From NCBI GenBank assembly GCA_951406725.2, contig OX597825.1, forward strand, positions 73,656,001 to 73,720,000: 64,000 nt of DNA, written 5' to 3'. The DNA is from Octopus vulgaris. Taxonomy: Eukaryota. Positions 41,720-57,080 of the stretch are shown here, piece by piece. Position 1 is the first letter of the stretch, and the number at the start of each line of letters is the position of its first letter. The position numbers were made by a program, and so were the translations under genes. The notes below the pieces were generated by a model. It was given only the letters and a program-made list of their open reading frames with translations. It searched no databases and was not told the origin of the DNA.

Positions 41720-42330
41720 ATTAGTGTTTCCTGTTGACATTGGGGGGAATTTCAAGGGATCAACGGTAGGTGATTAATACTTATTGAATAATAAAGTATT
41801 TTTCGTCGGTCAAGGTATGAGCCGTTTAGTAGACATTTTTTGTTGTTTCTACAATTACAAGCTGGTTGGTGATTTGAAGATTGGGATGATAAGGATTCGC
41901 TGGTTATATGTCTTCCGTTGTGTACTCTGTGATCAAACAGCTGGTTTTGTGTTTGCTCCGGTACAAAAGGATGTCAAAGATGAATGATTCGAGAATGTTT
42001 ATCTAATAATGATGGGAACAGTCAAGGGAATCTGGTTTCAATAATTATATTCAATGGTGGATTGTACCATATTATAATCCTTTCTCTACTAAATTGTAAT
42101 GGTTGCTTCTTGTAGACTATTTGCCGAAGCAGAATTTTAGCAATGAAGGTTCTAAGAAGGGTACGGTGATAATAATATACAACTCTCAGTAAATTCTTCT
42201 TTTTACAGTTGTTCCGGGTTGATTAGAGTTCTAGACATTTCAGTTTTCTTCAGAGTAGAGTGCTTGCTTTTTATCAGGTGTAGAATAGTGTCTATTCACC
42301 AGTTTGCTCCTGATCACTCTGAAGTTGCCA
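41720..42330 (-). pseudogene. Decayed Penelope-like retroelement ORF fragment
   Basis: Reverse complement of 42049-42090 translates SRERIIIWYNPPLN, matching the R.R.IIW(F/Y)NPP motif of the Penelope-like RT-endonuclease linker. Boundaries approximate. Confidence 0.6.
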
Positions 42331-42572
42331 AGGAAAGAATAACAGACTTTACCAAAAAACGAAAACAAAAACATATATATAATAATGTTGCGATATACGA
42401 GTTAATTCGTTCCCGGAGACCGCTCATAAAACGAGAACTTGTGAACAGAGAATAAAACTCGTAAAAGCTCGTAGACCCGGTATCTCGTAAAGTGTGTCCT
42501 GAGGTATTAGTGTACATACATATATACATGCATACATACATACATCCATACATGCATACATAAATAGGTGTG

Positions 42573-42621
<49 letters not shown>

Positions 42622-42682
42622 TATGTATACATATATTATATATATAATATATATATATGTAAATGCATATGCATATATATAG

Positions 42683-42741
<59 letters not shown>

Positions 42742-42744
<3 letters not shown>

Positions 42745-42871
42745 CCGAAATTACTACGATGATCCGGTTCTTAACTGAAGACTGAGGGCTTCGAATGTCC
42801 TGTCTGTGTTTGTTGTATCGTCTTCTAAGTTTTTATGCGTTCTTGTCTCAGTTTGTATTTTTCTACATATC

Positions 42872-42875
<4 letters not shown>
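42742..42875 (+). mobile_element. Short TA-embedded repeat family (second copy at 56202-56325)
   Basis: Both copies share AATT(A/G)CTA(C/T)GATGATCCGGTT...ACTGAAGA...TTCGAA..(G)TCTGT and are flanked by (TA)n. Confidence 0.65.
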
Positions 42876-42925
<50 letters not shown>

Positions 42926-43085
42926 CATATAAACGAGTTCCTGTATAAACACAATAAAAGCAATGAATGCTTGTAGGGTGCGTTACTGCGTCCGAAGTTA
43001 ATGATGTTTTCCGTCGGGAGTTTTCTACTCACCTGAACGATTGTACGGAACAGAAGACACGAAATATCTTTTATTTGGAGCTTGT

Positions 43086-43132
<47 letters not shown>

Positions 43133-43345
43133 ATCACAATCAAGGAACGGCCATAATAGGCCATTCACCCACTAGAAATAACAGCCAAAAGCTTTAACCG
43201 CAAAATAACATTAATACCGTAAACCAGGGTAAAAGTTTTTCAATTTTCTCCTGGTTTACGGTATTAATGTTATTTTGCGGTTAAAGCTTTTGGCTGTTAT
43301 TTCTAGTGGGTGAATGGCCTATTATGGCCGTTCCTTGATTGTGAT
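43133..43345. repeat. Perfect fold-back inverted repeat: 96-bp arms, 21-nt loop
   Basis: 43133-43228 is the exact reverse complement of 43250-43345 by eye. Lies between (TA)n tracts. Confidence 0.95.
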
Positions 43346-43441
43346 GTTGAACGTAAAAATGGTTTATGACTATTTAATTTTTTCCTACTAGGCCGCTGGT
43401 GGCAAAAGAATTCTACAAAATTTTTTTTTGCCACCCTATAT

Positions 43442-43515
<74 letters not shown>

Positions 43516-44452
43516 TTGTGTGTGTGTGTATGTAAATATATATATGTAAGTATAGATACAGATATATCGTTAAAGTACAAATACGCCTGTGCAGACATAC
43601 GTACGTACATTTATACATACACATACGTGCATACAAGCACTATACCCTAGTAATAGCGCGTACACTAACAACTATTAATTTGTCTAAATTCGTCACAGCC
43701 GGTCTATGTTTCTCATTCTCTCTCTTTCTTCCTCTTTCTTTGTCTCTCTCGCTGTTTCTCTCTCTCTCTCTGTGTCTCTTTCTCCCCTTATGTATACATG
43801 CAGGCATACACACACAGACACACACACATGTATATACAGGCAGACAGACAGACACACAGACAGACACATACACATATATACTTATATATTATTACACACG
43901 TATTCCCGTCGCTTTCCCGCCACGACTCATATAAACACATATGCACTCCTAGAAATTAACAAGGAAATATTTAAATTGCATCAACACTAATTAGATACGA
44001 CAATACGTGTACGTATACATACATACATACATACATACATACATACATACATACATACATACATACATACTCTTTTAATTCTGTACTCGTTTCAGATGCG
44101 TGGCTGCGGTCATACATAACTTATATACATATGTACATACATAAAAAACATATATCCATGCACACACATACACACATGCATGCATACAAAACTTAACATA
44201 CATACATGCATAACATATATATACAAGTGCAGTTACATACATATCATATATACTCGTGTGCATACATACATATATGCATACATATATAATATATATAGAT
44301 GCAAGCATACATACATACATACTTACATACATACATGATACATACAAACATGCAGACACATACATACATACATACATAGCTGCATGCATACATAGATTTA
44401 TACACACAAACATATATATGTACATAGGCATCTGTACATACATGCATACACA

Positions 44453-44495
<43 letters not shown>

Positions 44496-44530
44496 ATAAG
44501 GGTGAAAAGGAACACACGAGTTGATATATA

Positions 44531-44883
<353 letters not shown>

Positions 44884-45314
44884 CACACGCTATAATTATA
44901 CATGCATACGCGGCGGTACATATGCGTATAACCGATAAACGATGTAGAAAACAAGTGAAATAGAAAGGAGTGGGATTAATAAGGATTATCTAGTTTCTAA
45001 TATTTGTTTGTTAAATCACGTGTTTTCATAGATCTTCGTTACAAACATTGTTTAAAGATGGCGGCCACACCTAGTTTTATTTAAACCCTCATTTCACAGG
45101 ATGTTCAATTCCCGCAACGACAACATTTGCATGTAGACATGAAAGCTAAGCAAATAAATAGAAAATATACTCCTAAAACCGTAACTACTCAGTGCGCATG
45201 TCTTATCTGTTGTCTGATGTGTTATCCATATTACAGCCATGATTGCCATTGTATATTATATAATATCATATGTGGGCGTGTGTGTATGTATATACATATA
45301 TAAATATATATCAT

Positions 45315-45366
<52 letters not shown>

Positions 45367-45645
45367 TTATATGTATGAGTATATATATCATAATTATATA
45401 TCATATATATATGTATATATGTATGTATATATATATACATACATGCATATATATACATATATATATATGTATATACATAAATATATATACATATATATAT
45501 ATATACAAATATACATATATATATATACACATATATATGCATATATATATATGTATATATGTGTGTGTATGTGTGTACATGTGTGTGTATGTGCGAATAT
45601 GTGTGTGTATGTTTGTATATATATATATACTTAATTTAATTTTCT

Positions 45646-46110
45646 CATGGTAGTTGCTGTTGTGATGGTGGTGTTGGTAGTGATGACAACGACGATGACG
45701 ATGAAAGTGATCATGATGATGACGGAGGTGTTCGAGGTGGTGGTGGTGGTGGTGGTGACGGTGCTGGTGGTGACGGTGCTGGTGGTCATCGTATTGACCG
45801 CGGGGGCGGGGTGGGAGTGCTGGCTGTGGAGTTGGTGGCGGTCTGTATGGTGATGAGAAAAATGATGTTGATGATGACGATGGACTATACGAAAATGATG
45901 ATGGTGATGATGATGATAATGATGTTGATGGTGACGACAACGACGATGATGATGATGCTAATGATGACCATGACGACGACGATGATGGTGATGATGAAGA
46001 AACCGTGGCGGCTGGTAAGTGCTACTGCAGCTCATGATGATGATGATGATGATGATTTTGATGATGATGCTGATGATGATGATGATGATGATGATGACGA
46101 TGATGACGAC

Positions 46111-46207
<97 letters not shown>

Positions 46208-46224
46208 CTGATGATGATGATGAC

Positions 46225-46271
<47 letters not shown>

Positions 46272-46308
46272 CGATGATGATGATGACGATGATGATGATG
46301 ATGACGAC

Positions 46309-46341
<33 letters not shown>

Positions 46342-46485
46342 GATGATGATGCTGATGATGACGACGATGATGATGACGATGATGATTTTGACGATGATGA
46401 TTTTGATGATGATTATGATGATGATGATCATCATCACCATCACAACAGCAACAACAAGAACATAGTCCCATGATGATGATGATGG
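45646..46485. repeat. (GAT)n/(GGT)n trinucleotide array
   Basis: Direct reading; source of the poly-D/M/H ORFs. Confidence 0.95.
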
Positions 46486-46742
46486 GTGGAGAAAGAGGAT
46501 TTACATCTAATCGTTGTGAAAACGAGTAGAGGTGAGTGTTTACGACTGGCGAAGGTGGAGTTTATGCGCGATTGATCTATTGGTGAGAACAAATAGAGTG
46601 ACACACATAGACACATATCGATTAGTTGTTAATAGACAGCAGCGTGAGAATAAATGAATGAATAAATAAATAGGTAGGTGTTATGGACACACGGATATAT
46701 AGTTGTATATGTGTGTACATACATACATACATACATGCATAC

Positions 46743-46790
<48 letters not shown>

Positions 46791-46816
46791 ACATATGTAT
46801 ACATGCATATATATAT

Positions 46817-46877
<61 letters not shown>

Positions 46878-46939
46878 CATATATATACATACATATATAT
46901 ATACATATATACATATATATATATATACATATATATATA

Positions 46940-47008
<69 letters not shown>

Positions 47009-47299
47009 TACATATATACATATATGTATATATATATATATATACACATATAAATATGTGTGTTTATGTATATTATACATACATACAAGGGTGCATATAT
47101 ATATGCGCACATAAAAGTACATATAATATATATAGATGCACACACACGCGCGCACACGCGCACACACGCGCACGCGCACACGCGCACGCGTAAAATGAGA
47201 GAAAGATAGAGAGAAAGGGAAAGAGAGACTAAGAGATTATGACACTGAGATGGAAATACATAGGAGAGAATACAAAGTATAAGTGACAAAGGGGAGAAA

Positions 47300-47368
<69 letters not shown>

Positions 47369-47769
47369 CAAAGAGAGGGAGAAAGGGAAAGAGAAAAAGG
47401 TGGGGAGTGAGAGAGAGAGAGATAGAGAGTGTGAGGTAGAAACAAAAGGCGATGAGACGACGAAGGAGAGAGGAGGAAAACCAATGAAATTGAGAGAGTG
47501 TGAGATATAGACATACAGACAGAGGGACAGACAAGTTATGTCTCCAGTACATAATATGAGGGAGAGAGGGGGGAGAAATAGAGGGAGAGTGGGAGGGAGA
47601 GAGAAATTATCCCTGACCTTCATAATTTGACCTTAACTTCTTAGGAGAAAGGTGGGTGGGTTGTTACGGGTATTATAATTGTTAATCCGTTTTTTTTTGC
47701 CAGGGATTATCGGTGATAGAATAAGCACAAGAGCATGAACAATAACTTAACTAAACGGGATATAAGGTC

Positions 47770-47845
47770 AAGAGAGAGAGAGAAAGAGAGAGAGAGAGGG
47801 AGAGGGAGAGAGATTGAGAGAGAGTGAGAGAGAGAGAGAGAGAGC

Positions 47846-47876
<31 letters not shown>

Positions 47877-48057
47877 TGAGAGAGAGAGAAAGAGAGAGAC
47901 AGAGAGAAAGAGAGAAAAAGACAGAGAGAAAGAGAGAGAGGAAAAAGACAGAGATTGAGAGAGAGTGAGAGAGAGAGAGAAAGAGAGAGAGAGAACGAGA
48001 GAGAGAGAAAGAAAGAGAGAGAGAGAAAGAGAGAGAGACAGAGAGAAAGAGAGAAAA

Positions 48058-48097
<40 letters not shown>

Positions 48098-48165
48098 AGA
48101 GTGAGAGAAAGACAGAGATTGAGAGAGAGAGAGAGAGGGAGAGATAGAGGAGAGTGAGAGTGAAA
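47770..48165. repeat. Degenerate (GA)n tract
   Basis: Direct reading. Confidence 0.95.
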
Positions 48166-48577
48166 CAGGGGAAGAGAAAATGATATAAAATGTGTGTGAG
48201 AGGGAACAACATCATCGACAAAAAAGATTTCTTTCGTTTTGTCTGAGGGGCGTCTGACGGTGAATTTTATACTAAGATAATTTACAGTATGTGCAGAGTT
48301 TTACGTAAAAAAAAGGGGGTAAACGGACGGAGAGGGATGAGATTAAAAAAAGTTCTTATGCTATCGTTCGCGCTGTTGTCGTCTGTCCGTGGTTAGTCGA
48401 CGTTGTTTGCTCTGTTCAGATTTTTCTGAACTAAACGCCTTTGGACAGAGTGTGAGGCAGTTCGCATCATCCCCTCATCAGACTGCCACTCTGGGTATCC
48501 ACACCAAGTACCAAGTGGTATACAAGAGTGCAACGAGTATGGTCGACGATGAGGCTGCTCCACAGCAGAAGTCCACT

Positions 48578-48998
48578 TTCTTATTTCTTTATTGCCCACA
48601 AGAGGCCAAACATAGAGAGGACAAACAAGGACAGACAAAGGGGTTAAGTCAATTATATCGACCCCAGTACGTAACTGGTACTTATTTATATTGACCCCGA
48701 AAGGATGAAAGGCAAAGTCGACCTCGGCGGAATTTGAACTCAGAATGTAACGGCAGACGAAATGCCTATTTCTTTACAACCCACAAGGGGCTAAACACAG
48801 AGGGTACAAACAAGGACAGATAAACGGATTAAGTCGATTATATCGACCCCAGTGCGTAACTGGTACTTGATTTATCGATCCTGAAAGAATGAAAGGCAAA
48901 GTCGACCTCGGTGGAATTTGAACTCAGAACGTAACGGCTGACGAAATCCTGCTAAGCATTTCACCCGGCGTGCTAACGTTTCTGCCAGCTCGCTGCCT
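48578..48998 (-). mobile_element. SINE family A dimer inserted in an older GC-richer repeat (~48380-49640, probable LINE remnant)
   Basis: Two cores plus the head CTGCCAGCTCGCTGCCTT. Confidence 0.9.
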
Positions 48999-49654
48999 TT
49001 CTTGTTGACGCGCAACCGTTGCTTGATGGCACAGATCCTCTGCTTGGCCACAATAACCTTCGGACAGTTGGTCTAGGTCTTGTCTATCTTGTCGGTTATC
49101 CAAGGCCCAACTACTGACATCTTCGCCGTATCTCTGGTAAAGGAGGCTAAGGGGTAGCTAGCACTTCCCGAAAATGCTACCCCAGTCTACGAACGGAAGG
49201 GGCAATTTAATCCTATTTACTGCCTATTACTGATGTGGGTGTCGTACCGAACAACAACGTATATTAATTCATGGGCAATGCACTCCTTTCGACAGAGAAA
49301 AGCCTTCAGCTTGGGCCATTTAAGAACCCCAAATATAATAGGATCAGCCAGGCCACCGAGTATTGAACCCTCGCACAACTGGTGTCCTCTAATCTATAAT
49401 CGCATGCTCAGAGTAGTTCCAATTACTCTGGTTATTTTTGCGCTAGTCACCCACCTTTCGGGAAATTCACTGCAGGAAAGCACAGCCTTCTTCGCCATCA
49501 CTTTCCTTTCCAAGCGGAACTGGAAAATTATGTCGACGTGGATCTGACTCAAGAGGAAAGTGTCTACTCTCAATCATTTCAACCTCGGCCATCACAAAAC
49601 CTGTTTTGCCAGAGTCACCATACAAAAAGAACACTGCGCCATCTCGTTAAAGGC

Positions 49655-49866
49655 GAGTGGTATGGCTATTCCCATGATGGACTCGGCTGATAGTAACGGA
49701 AGAGCCTGCTCTTGATGTTAACATGCAAATGGCTGAGCACTCCGCGAACACGTGGACCCTTAACGTAGTTCTCAGGGCGATTGAGCATGACACAGAGAGT
49801 GACAAGGCTGGCCCTTTGAAATACGATCGTGAACCAAATAGCCTAACCACTAAGCCACACTCCTTC
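49655..49866 (-). mobile_element. SINE with family C-like head and Nin/Deu-domain-like body, internally deleted
   Basis: Head CTAACCACTAAGCCACAC and body TTAACATGCAAATGGCTGAGCACTCC. Domain identity is from recall. Confidence 0.55.
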
Positions 49867-49885
49867 ACACACACACAGACACACA

Positions 49886-49962
<77 letters not shown>

Positions 49963-50516
49963 ACACAGACACACAGACACACACACACACACACACATAC
50001 ACACACACACCTGTTTCCTAAGTTTAACTCTGCTCTGAGTTAAAATCCCATCGAGGCCAACTTCAACCCTTTTAGGTGCAACGAAATAAGTTACCAACTC
50101 CAGGATGAACTGATAGTGGGCTGGAGGAATTGTTAGCGAGTCGGGCTAGATTCCGTGTGTAACAGTAACAGTACAGAGGCCTTTCCGGTACTGAGTTCAA
50201 ATTCCGTCTCTTGTTATGAAAGCCTGGGGATGACGCGTGGGCACACACATACACTCACATACAACCACCCCCACATACATATTTGAGTATATATGTGCGT
50301 ATGAAACACATATTGTAATTATTCGACACCAGAATGATATTGATGTGACCGACGAAATACCTGAAGCTCGTGCTACAGCATGGCCAGATTCAAATAACGG
50401 GAAATGATAGATTGATAAATGAATATTACAGAGAATTTGTTTTTTTTTAAGTGAAAAGCGAAACCGGATTGAGAATTGAACCCACGTTCTTTTGCAGTAG
50501 AGAACTTCGTGTAGCA

Positions 50517-50565
<49 letters not shown>

Positions 50566-51417
50566 GTACTGCTACTACCAGCACCAGCACCAGCACCAGC
50601 ACCACCACCACTACTACTACTGCTGCTACTACCACCACCAGAACCACCACCACCACCACCACCACCACCACCACCACCACTACTACTACTACTAATTGTT
50701 TGTACGTGTGTTCAAGTGCATGTTTCTGTGTTATGTGTACGTGTGTGTGTGTGTGTTAGAAATTACGCCATCTGCATCAGCCACTTCATAGCATCAAGCA
50801 AGCACCGAAGCGAAAAAGCGATAATAGAAGTGCTTGTGAAAAGGCTAAGTAAGGTTCTGGTGTTTGATTATGAAGAATCTCTTTTCACAAGAAAGATAAT
50901 TTCGACCATGTAGGCAGAAATACACCGGAAAATCGTTTTGTGCTTCGTTAAGTAAGATTGTGCTGGGCTTCCAAAAGGAATGTGATAATGTATGACATTA
51001 TTTCCTTAGATTTCTTGCAAATCTCTCTCACCAAATTATTTTCGCTTCTCTGCTAATGCAACAATGAGCCAAATTCGTTTTGCCACCAGGACACTCAACA
51101 CTAGCTCCTAATTCTTACCGAATCACACAAAGACTGATTGATTGACATAACCACGAACATTTCATCAGATTTTATAGTTAACCTGCTTTTAATTCTTCGC
51201 TGTTTGCCGTTAGAGCGCACCTCTTTTATTTCTTTTAGTAACCTCTACGTCTTTAGCTGTTTCTATAGTTATAGCTGCTGCCGAAGCATTTCAAGGCTTA
51301 AGAATGATAATTTCTTATGGAATTCTAAACTTAGAATTCAAGCATGATGTAACAGATCTTTTTAAGTTGTCCAACAAAGTTAGCAAATATTATGAGCATT
51401 TAATACAGGGCCAAGTC

Positions 51418-51622
51418 AAGGCGGTGAGCTGGCAGAATCGCTAGCATACCTGGAAAAATGCTTAGCGAGATTTCGTCTGGTATAAGTTAAAATTCCGCCG
51501 ATATCGACTTTGCCTTTCATTCTTTCGGTGTCGGTAAAATAAGTACCATTAAAGGACTGGGGGTGTATGTAATCGACTGTCCCCCTCCACCGAGCTTGCT
51601 GGCCTTCTACCAAAATTTGAAG
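51418..51622 (+). mobile_element. SINE family A, diverged
   Basis: AAGGCGGTGAGCTGGCAGAATCG head plus core. Confidence 0.85.
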
Positions 51623-53232
51623 TCAGTACTGGGGCAGGTAGAATTAAATTGATGTTGTTTAAAGTCTAAGCTTTGAACCGAACTAGCCATCAACCAGCAT
51701 ACATAAGATTAGAGGCGTTCCAGCCGCGAGCATCCTGTTAGTTTTCAAAATCTAGGGTTACACTGCACAATGTGTTCTTTCTGCATTTGTTGCGACAATA
51801 TAAGGTGTGATTTGGTAGAGACTTTGGCTGTTATTTATGTCAGGTTGATCGACATTAAGCTGTATCCGATTGTAAGGCTCCAGCTAGGGCGTTCAGAAAT
51901 TTTAAAGAGTATGGAGCTATCCCTTACTCACCATTCCCCCGAAATCTGCTTTGGCTCAGGATGGTAGTAACTCACGAGCCGCAATTATGGTTCAAAGAAC
52001 AGATGGCTTTGTGGCTTAAGACACAGAAATTAGAGGAGGGCTGCTGGCCCTTAGACATGTGTCACTTAGGCTCAATAGTTTTATGGACTTGCCCTCCTCT
52101 CGCTGACGGAGTTTCCCCTGATTAACAGTTAAATAGTTCTTGTGCCTGAAGAGTTTGCTCGAGGAAGCAAGAGGGTCGCAAAGTACATTGTAGTTAAACT
52201 GAGAGGGGGTCACGGGAAAACGCTGCAGTATTTTACCCTGTTATACAACACGAATCTTCAAGTTTTTGGTTCGTAGGTTAATGATGGCCAGCACTTGTGT
52301 ACTTGGCACATTAAGAGAAAAAACGACGTTAAATTCATCAGACCAGAGACAGGGCTATAAACGTGTAAAAGTACAAGCCTTCATGAGGTCATTTGGAGTG
52401 CTAGAAACAACAGTGAAACTGCTTTCAAACAGCCCCTACAGCCTTAGGGAAAAAAATGGAGATATTGGAATATGAAGTGGTGAGTATACTAGTCCTGTAA
52501 TTAAAATAGGTTTGTCATCGTTGGTGTGACTTTTGATCATAGAGCTGCTCGGCTTGTTACAAATAAATTACAACAACAACAACAACAACAACAACAACCA
52601 AAGCGGCAGGATACTCAGAGCCATTATGAAATTTGACGGAATGTGAAGAGATGAAAAGTAAAAGTATTGGAAATTTAAGATGGTACTCATTATACCTGAG
52701 GTCATTTAAGTACATTTAATTAACAAATGCGTAGGTAAATCATGTTAAGCGTTAACATAGTTAATTACTGGAGCACTCAGAAAGATAATTATATCTAAGT
52801 ATTACAGACAAGTAGTTAGACAGACGTACATATAGACAGATAAGAATATAGATAGACAAATAGAGAGATAGGAAGTTACATAGATAGATTGGGAAATATA
52901 TAGACACATAGATATATAGATAAATATATGAATCAATAAGAAGGCACATATATAGATATACATACACGTACATAAGCACAAATAGGTAGTGCTGTAGTTA
53001 GATAGATACATGGATAGACAGATAAATTAAATGCGTGCTCTCTGCTATAACTTCGGGTTGATGAAAACATTTTGAATATCTATTATTGCGCATGTCCATA
53101 TACATACATATATACATAACATATATATATATACATATATATGTACATATATATAGATATATACATACATATATATGTATACATACATGCATTTGTAAGT
53201 ATATAGATATACGTATGTCTGTATATATATAC

Positions 53233-53283
<51 letters not shown>

Positions 53284-53297
53284 GGTATATATATGTA

Positions 53298-53389
<92 letters not shown>

Positions 53390-53437
53390 GTTTAAATATT
53401 TGTTGGCTAAACTGGCAATATGACCATTTCCGAAATA

Positions 53438-53499
<62 letters not shown>

Positions 53500-54072
53500 G
53501 TAATGTAAAAGCTGTGAATGAAAATTTATTTTACATACTTCAGACAATATCTAATATAGACTTCAATAAGTTAAGTGGATAAATAATTTATTCAAACTTT
53601 CGTGCCAGACAGAGCTGTTCAAAACTTTTAAAAGTCAGAGTGGTTTGCTAGTTTGTCTTTCTTTCTTTCTTTCTTTCTACCTATTTATCTGTCTGTCTGT
53701 CTATCTCTCTACCTAATGAAAACCAAATGATGAACTGAAAACGACAATTAAATATGGAACACCTCTCGTTAGCCATACAGTTAAGAATCCGTCTAGTTTC
53801 GGTGCATGCCTAAATATTATTCTTCACTACTAGCGTGAAGAATTTGTCCTTCAAGTTCTTTAAAACTTCCACGTTTTGAACGAAGAAAATATATATTTGT
53901 AGCACTTAACTAATTTGTTATATTATTTTCACAAAGCAGCATTATTAGTTTGCATTGAGATCTCTTGGCAAGCTGTGGTTTTGTCATTCTGAGAATAATG
54001 AAAAAGCTATACTCTACTACATAAATACATAAATATATACATACATACATATACTTTATATATATATGTATA

Positions 54073-54137
<65 letters not shown>

Positions 54138-54160
54138 CATGTATACATACATACACACAC

Positions 54161-54191
<31 letters not shown>

Positions 54192-54637
54192 TCTGTGCAT
54201 ATGCATAACACGCGGACGGGTGCGTACGTTTATTGTCAATGAGGACACAGTGTCTCGATTTAATTAATAAATTGATCCATAAGTACCAATCAAACTGGTT
54301 TGTGCGATTATTTGTCCGAAGAGAGTGAGAGAAGAAGATAGAAAATGTCCAGGAGAAGAGCTACACAAGGGAGTTAACTCTAACTGGCATAAAAGAAAAA
54401 AAAATTATCTTCGCATTATCACCAATAGTGATGCTATATGATATAGTGACGAAGTCTATTGATAAATTAAAAACGAAATTTCTCCAATATTAAGACATAA
54501 AAAGCGAAACTGGGAAATGAAAGAAGCCGAAGACAGCGATGTAAGAATTACGTCAAATTAATTTGTTATATGAAAGAAAAAATTTTACTTTATTAAAGAT
54601 ATTTCTTTTCGTGTAGTTGTTTGCTAGAAAGATCTTT

Positions 54638-54990
<353 letters not shown>

Positions 54991-55054
54991 TCGATTAAAA
55001 ATGTTGTATGTTATTTTCGATATTGAAAATTCTATATTCTATGACAGTTATTTT

Positions 55055-55855
55055 TAAATAACTGCGTCAATCATTCTCGTTGTCTTTTCAGACAATCGTC
55101 TTTCTTACCACATCTACTGTGCACTGCTTTAATAGACTACGCTCTCAATGTTTTAGCCTACCAATTGTTAACTCTTCAATTGCAAAGTCTGTCAAGTGTA
55201 TACAACTTGAACTGGATCCGCTCTCCGTCGTATCCTCCGTCAAATGCCTATTCTGAGTACAACGTTAATCCTGTTATTTTTTCTTTTTATTATCAGCTAA
55301 CTACCCCATCAGCTGAACAGTCCGTCATCTCTCTACTTCCACAAACGCACATTCCGTCAACATTACGCTCCTCATCAATTGAGTACGTCTTCAAATGTGT
55401 ATTCCGGTGAGAGTTTATTTCTAAAAGTACCATCCACTGTCCACTGCACACTTCGTCAGTTGCGAAATCCATCAACTGTATACTCCGTCAATTGTCTAAG
55501 CTGTGAACAAAATCAGTCTTGTCTTCTGTCAATTAAATAATTCCAATGAAGTATCCCGTCAGATGAGTACTCCATCAACTCTTTATGCAGTCAGCATTTT
55601 ATTCTATTCCGTAAAATGTTTTCTCCATTAAATGTCTACTCTGTCAAAAGGCTCATCCCTTAAACTTTTATTCTCTCAAATGGCTTCCCCATTAAATGCC
55701 TCTTCTCTCAAATGCCTTCTCCATTAAAATGCCATCTCTATCAAATGACATCTCCATTGAATGTCTATTCCGTCAAATAGTTACACAGTCAAATATCTAC
55801 TCCGTCAGATATCTACTCTTTTAAATATTTACTCCTTCTCTTGTCAACTACGTCA
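55055..55855 (+). repeat. Degenerate minisatellite, ~17-bp unit approximating CCGTCAA(A/T)TGTCTACT
   Basis: Recurrent TCCGTCAA / CTGTCAA / CCATTAAATG words at roughly 15-18-bp spacing. Confidence 0.7.
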
Positions 55856-56320
55856 TAGTCTGGTTCTTTCGACTTCTAAGAAGAGACGAAATAAATTGCT
55901 GAAGCTATCTCAAATCTCTTTAGACTTCCGAAAGAAAATAACAATTACCATTTTAATTTTCATAAATATTGACTTTAATTTTCTTTGCTTTTGTTAAACA
56001 TTTTGATATTTTTTGTATTTACTTGTATTACACACACACGCCCCTCACATATACATAAATGTGTATGTACATATATATATTTATATATATGTACACACAC
56101 ACACTCCTACATACACATATATATATATATGTATATACATATTCAAAAATATATATGAATATATGTTTATGCATCTGTATATATATATATATATATATAT
56201 ATCAGTAAATTTGCTATGATGATCCGGTTTCTGACTGAAGATTATTCGAACGACCCGTCTGTTTTCTGTGTTCGTCCCTTTGTGTATTTCATTCTTGTTT
56301 CTTTATATATAATTTTTATA

Positions 56321-56356
<36 letters not shown>

Positions 56357-56366
56357 GACATGAATA

Positions 56367-56555
56367 TATGAGGTACGTTCAAAACGTATTGGACTCTATT
56401 TTTTCCCGCCAAAACTAATGCCACGTGGGCAAATTCCTTTAGCTGGGAGATGACACCACCCTTCCTGTGCAGGCATGGAAATTTTCGCGCCAGTAGGCCC
56501 GCGTCAGTTCCTGGCTGTTATGCCTAATATACTGACGTGTAGTATACGCTCGTCG
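56367..56555 (+). mobile_element. Mariner-like 5' terminus fragment
   Basis: TATGAGGTACGTTCAAAACGTATTGGAC resembles mariner TIR starts (TACGAGG..GTTCAAAAAGT). Confidence 0.4.
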
Positions 56556-56670
56556 GACACATAGACACACACACACATGCACACACGCGTAATTATATAT
56601 GGTGGAGAGAAGGATCTCCTGCACAACATAAACATTTGATCAAAATCAACATAACATTTGTGTAGGTTGT

Positions 56671-56812
<142 letters not shown>

Positions 56813-56844
56813 GGCCTGTCTGTTTGTATTTAAATAAATAATAA

Positions 56845-57080
56845 TAAATGCACCCTTTTAAAGCCTAGTCAGGCTCATGGTCCCGGTTTCCGGTTTCTGT
56901 AGCGTATGTGTTCCCCAGTCCATCGCAGCGTTACTCATCTTTGCCAGCAGAGTGGACTGGAGCAACGTGAAATGAAGTGTTTTGCTCAAGAACACAACGC
57001 ATCGCCCGGTCCAGGAATCGAAACTACAATCTTACGATCATGATGCTGACATCTTAACCACTAAGCCACGCGTCTCCACT
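56845..57080 (-). mobile_element. SINE family C head and core with a different 3' tail
   Basis: ACTGGAGCAACGTGAAATGAAGTGTTTTGCTCAAGAACACAAC...TAACCACTAAGCCACG; the tail is unrelated to that of 6967-7302. Confidence 0.85.

Noticed and set aside
45811-46473. 220-aa Asp-rich ORF resembling an acidic biomineralisation protein
   Set aside because: It is a (GAT)n microsatellite open in several frames on both strands, with no signal peptide or splice context.
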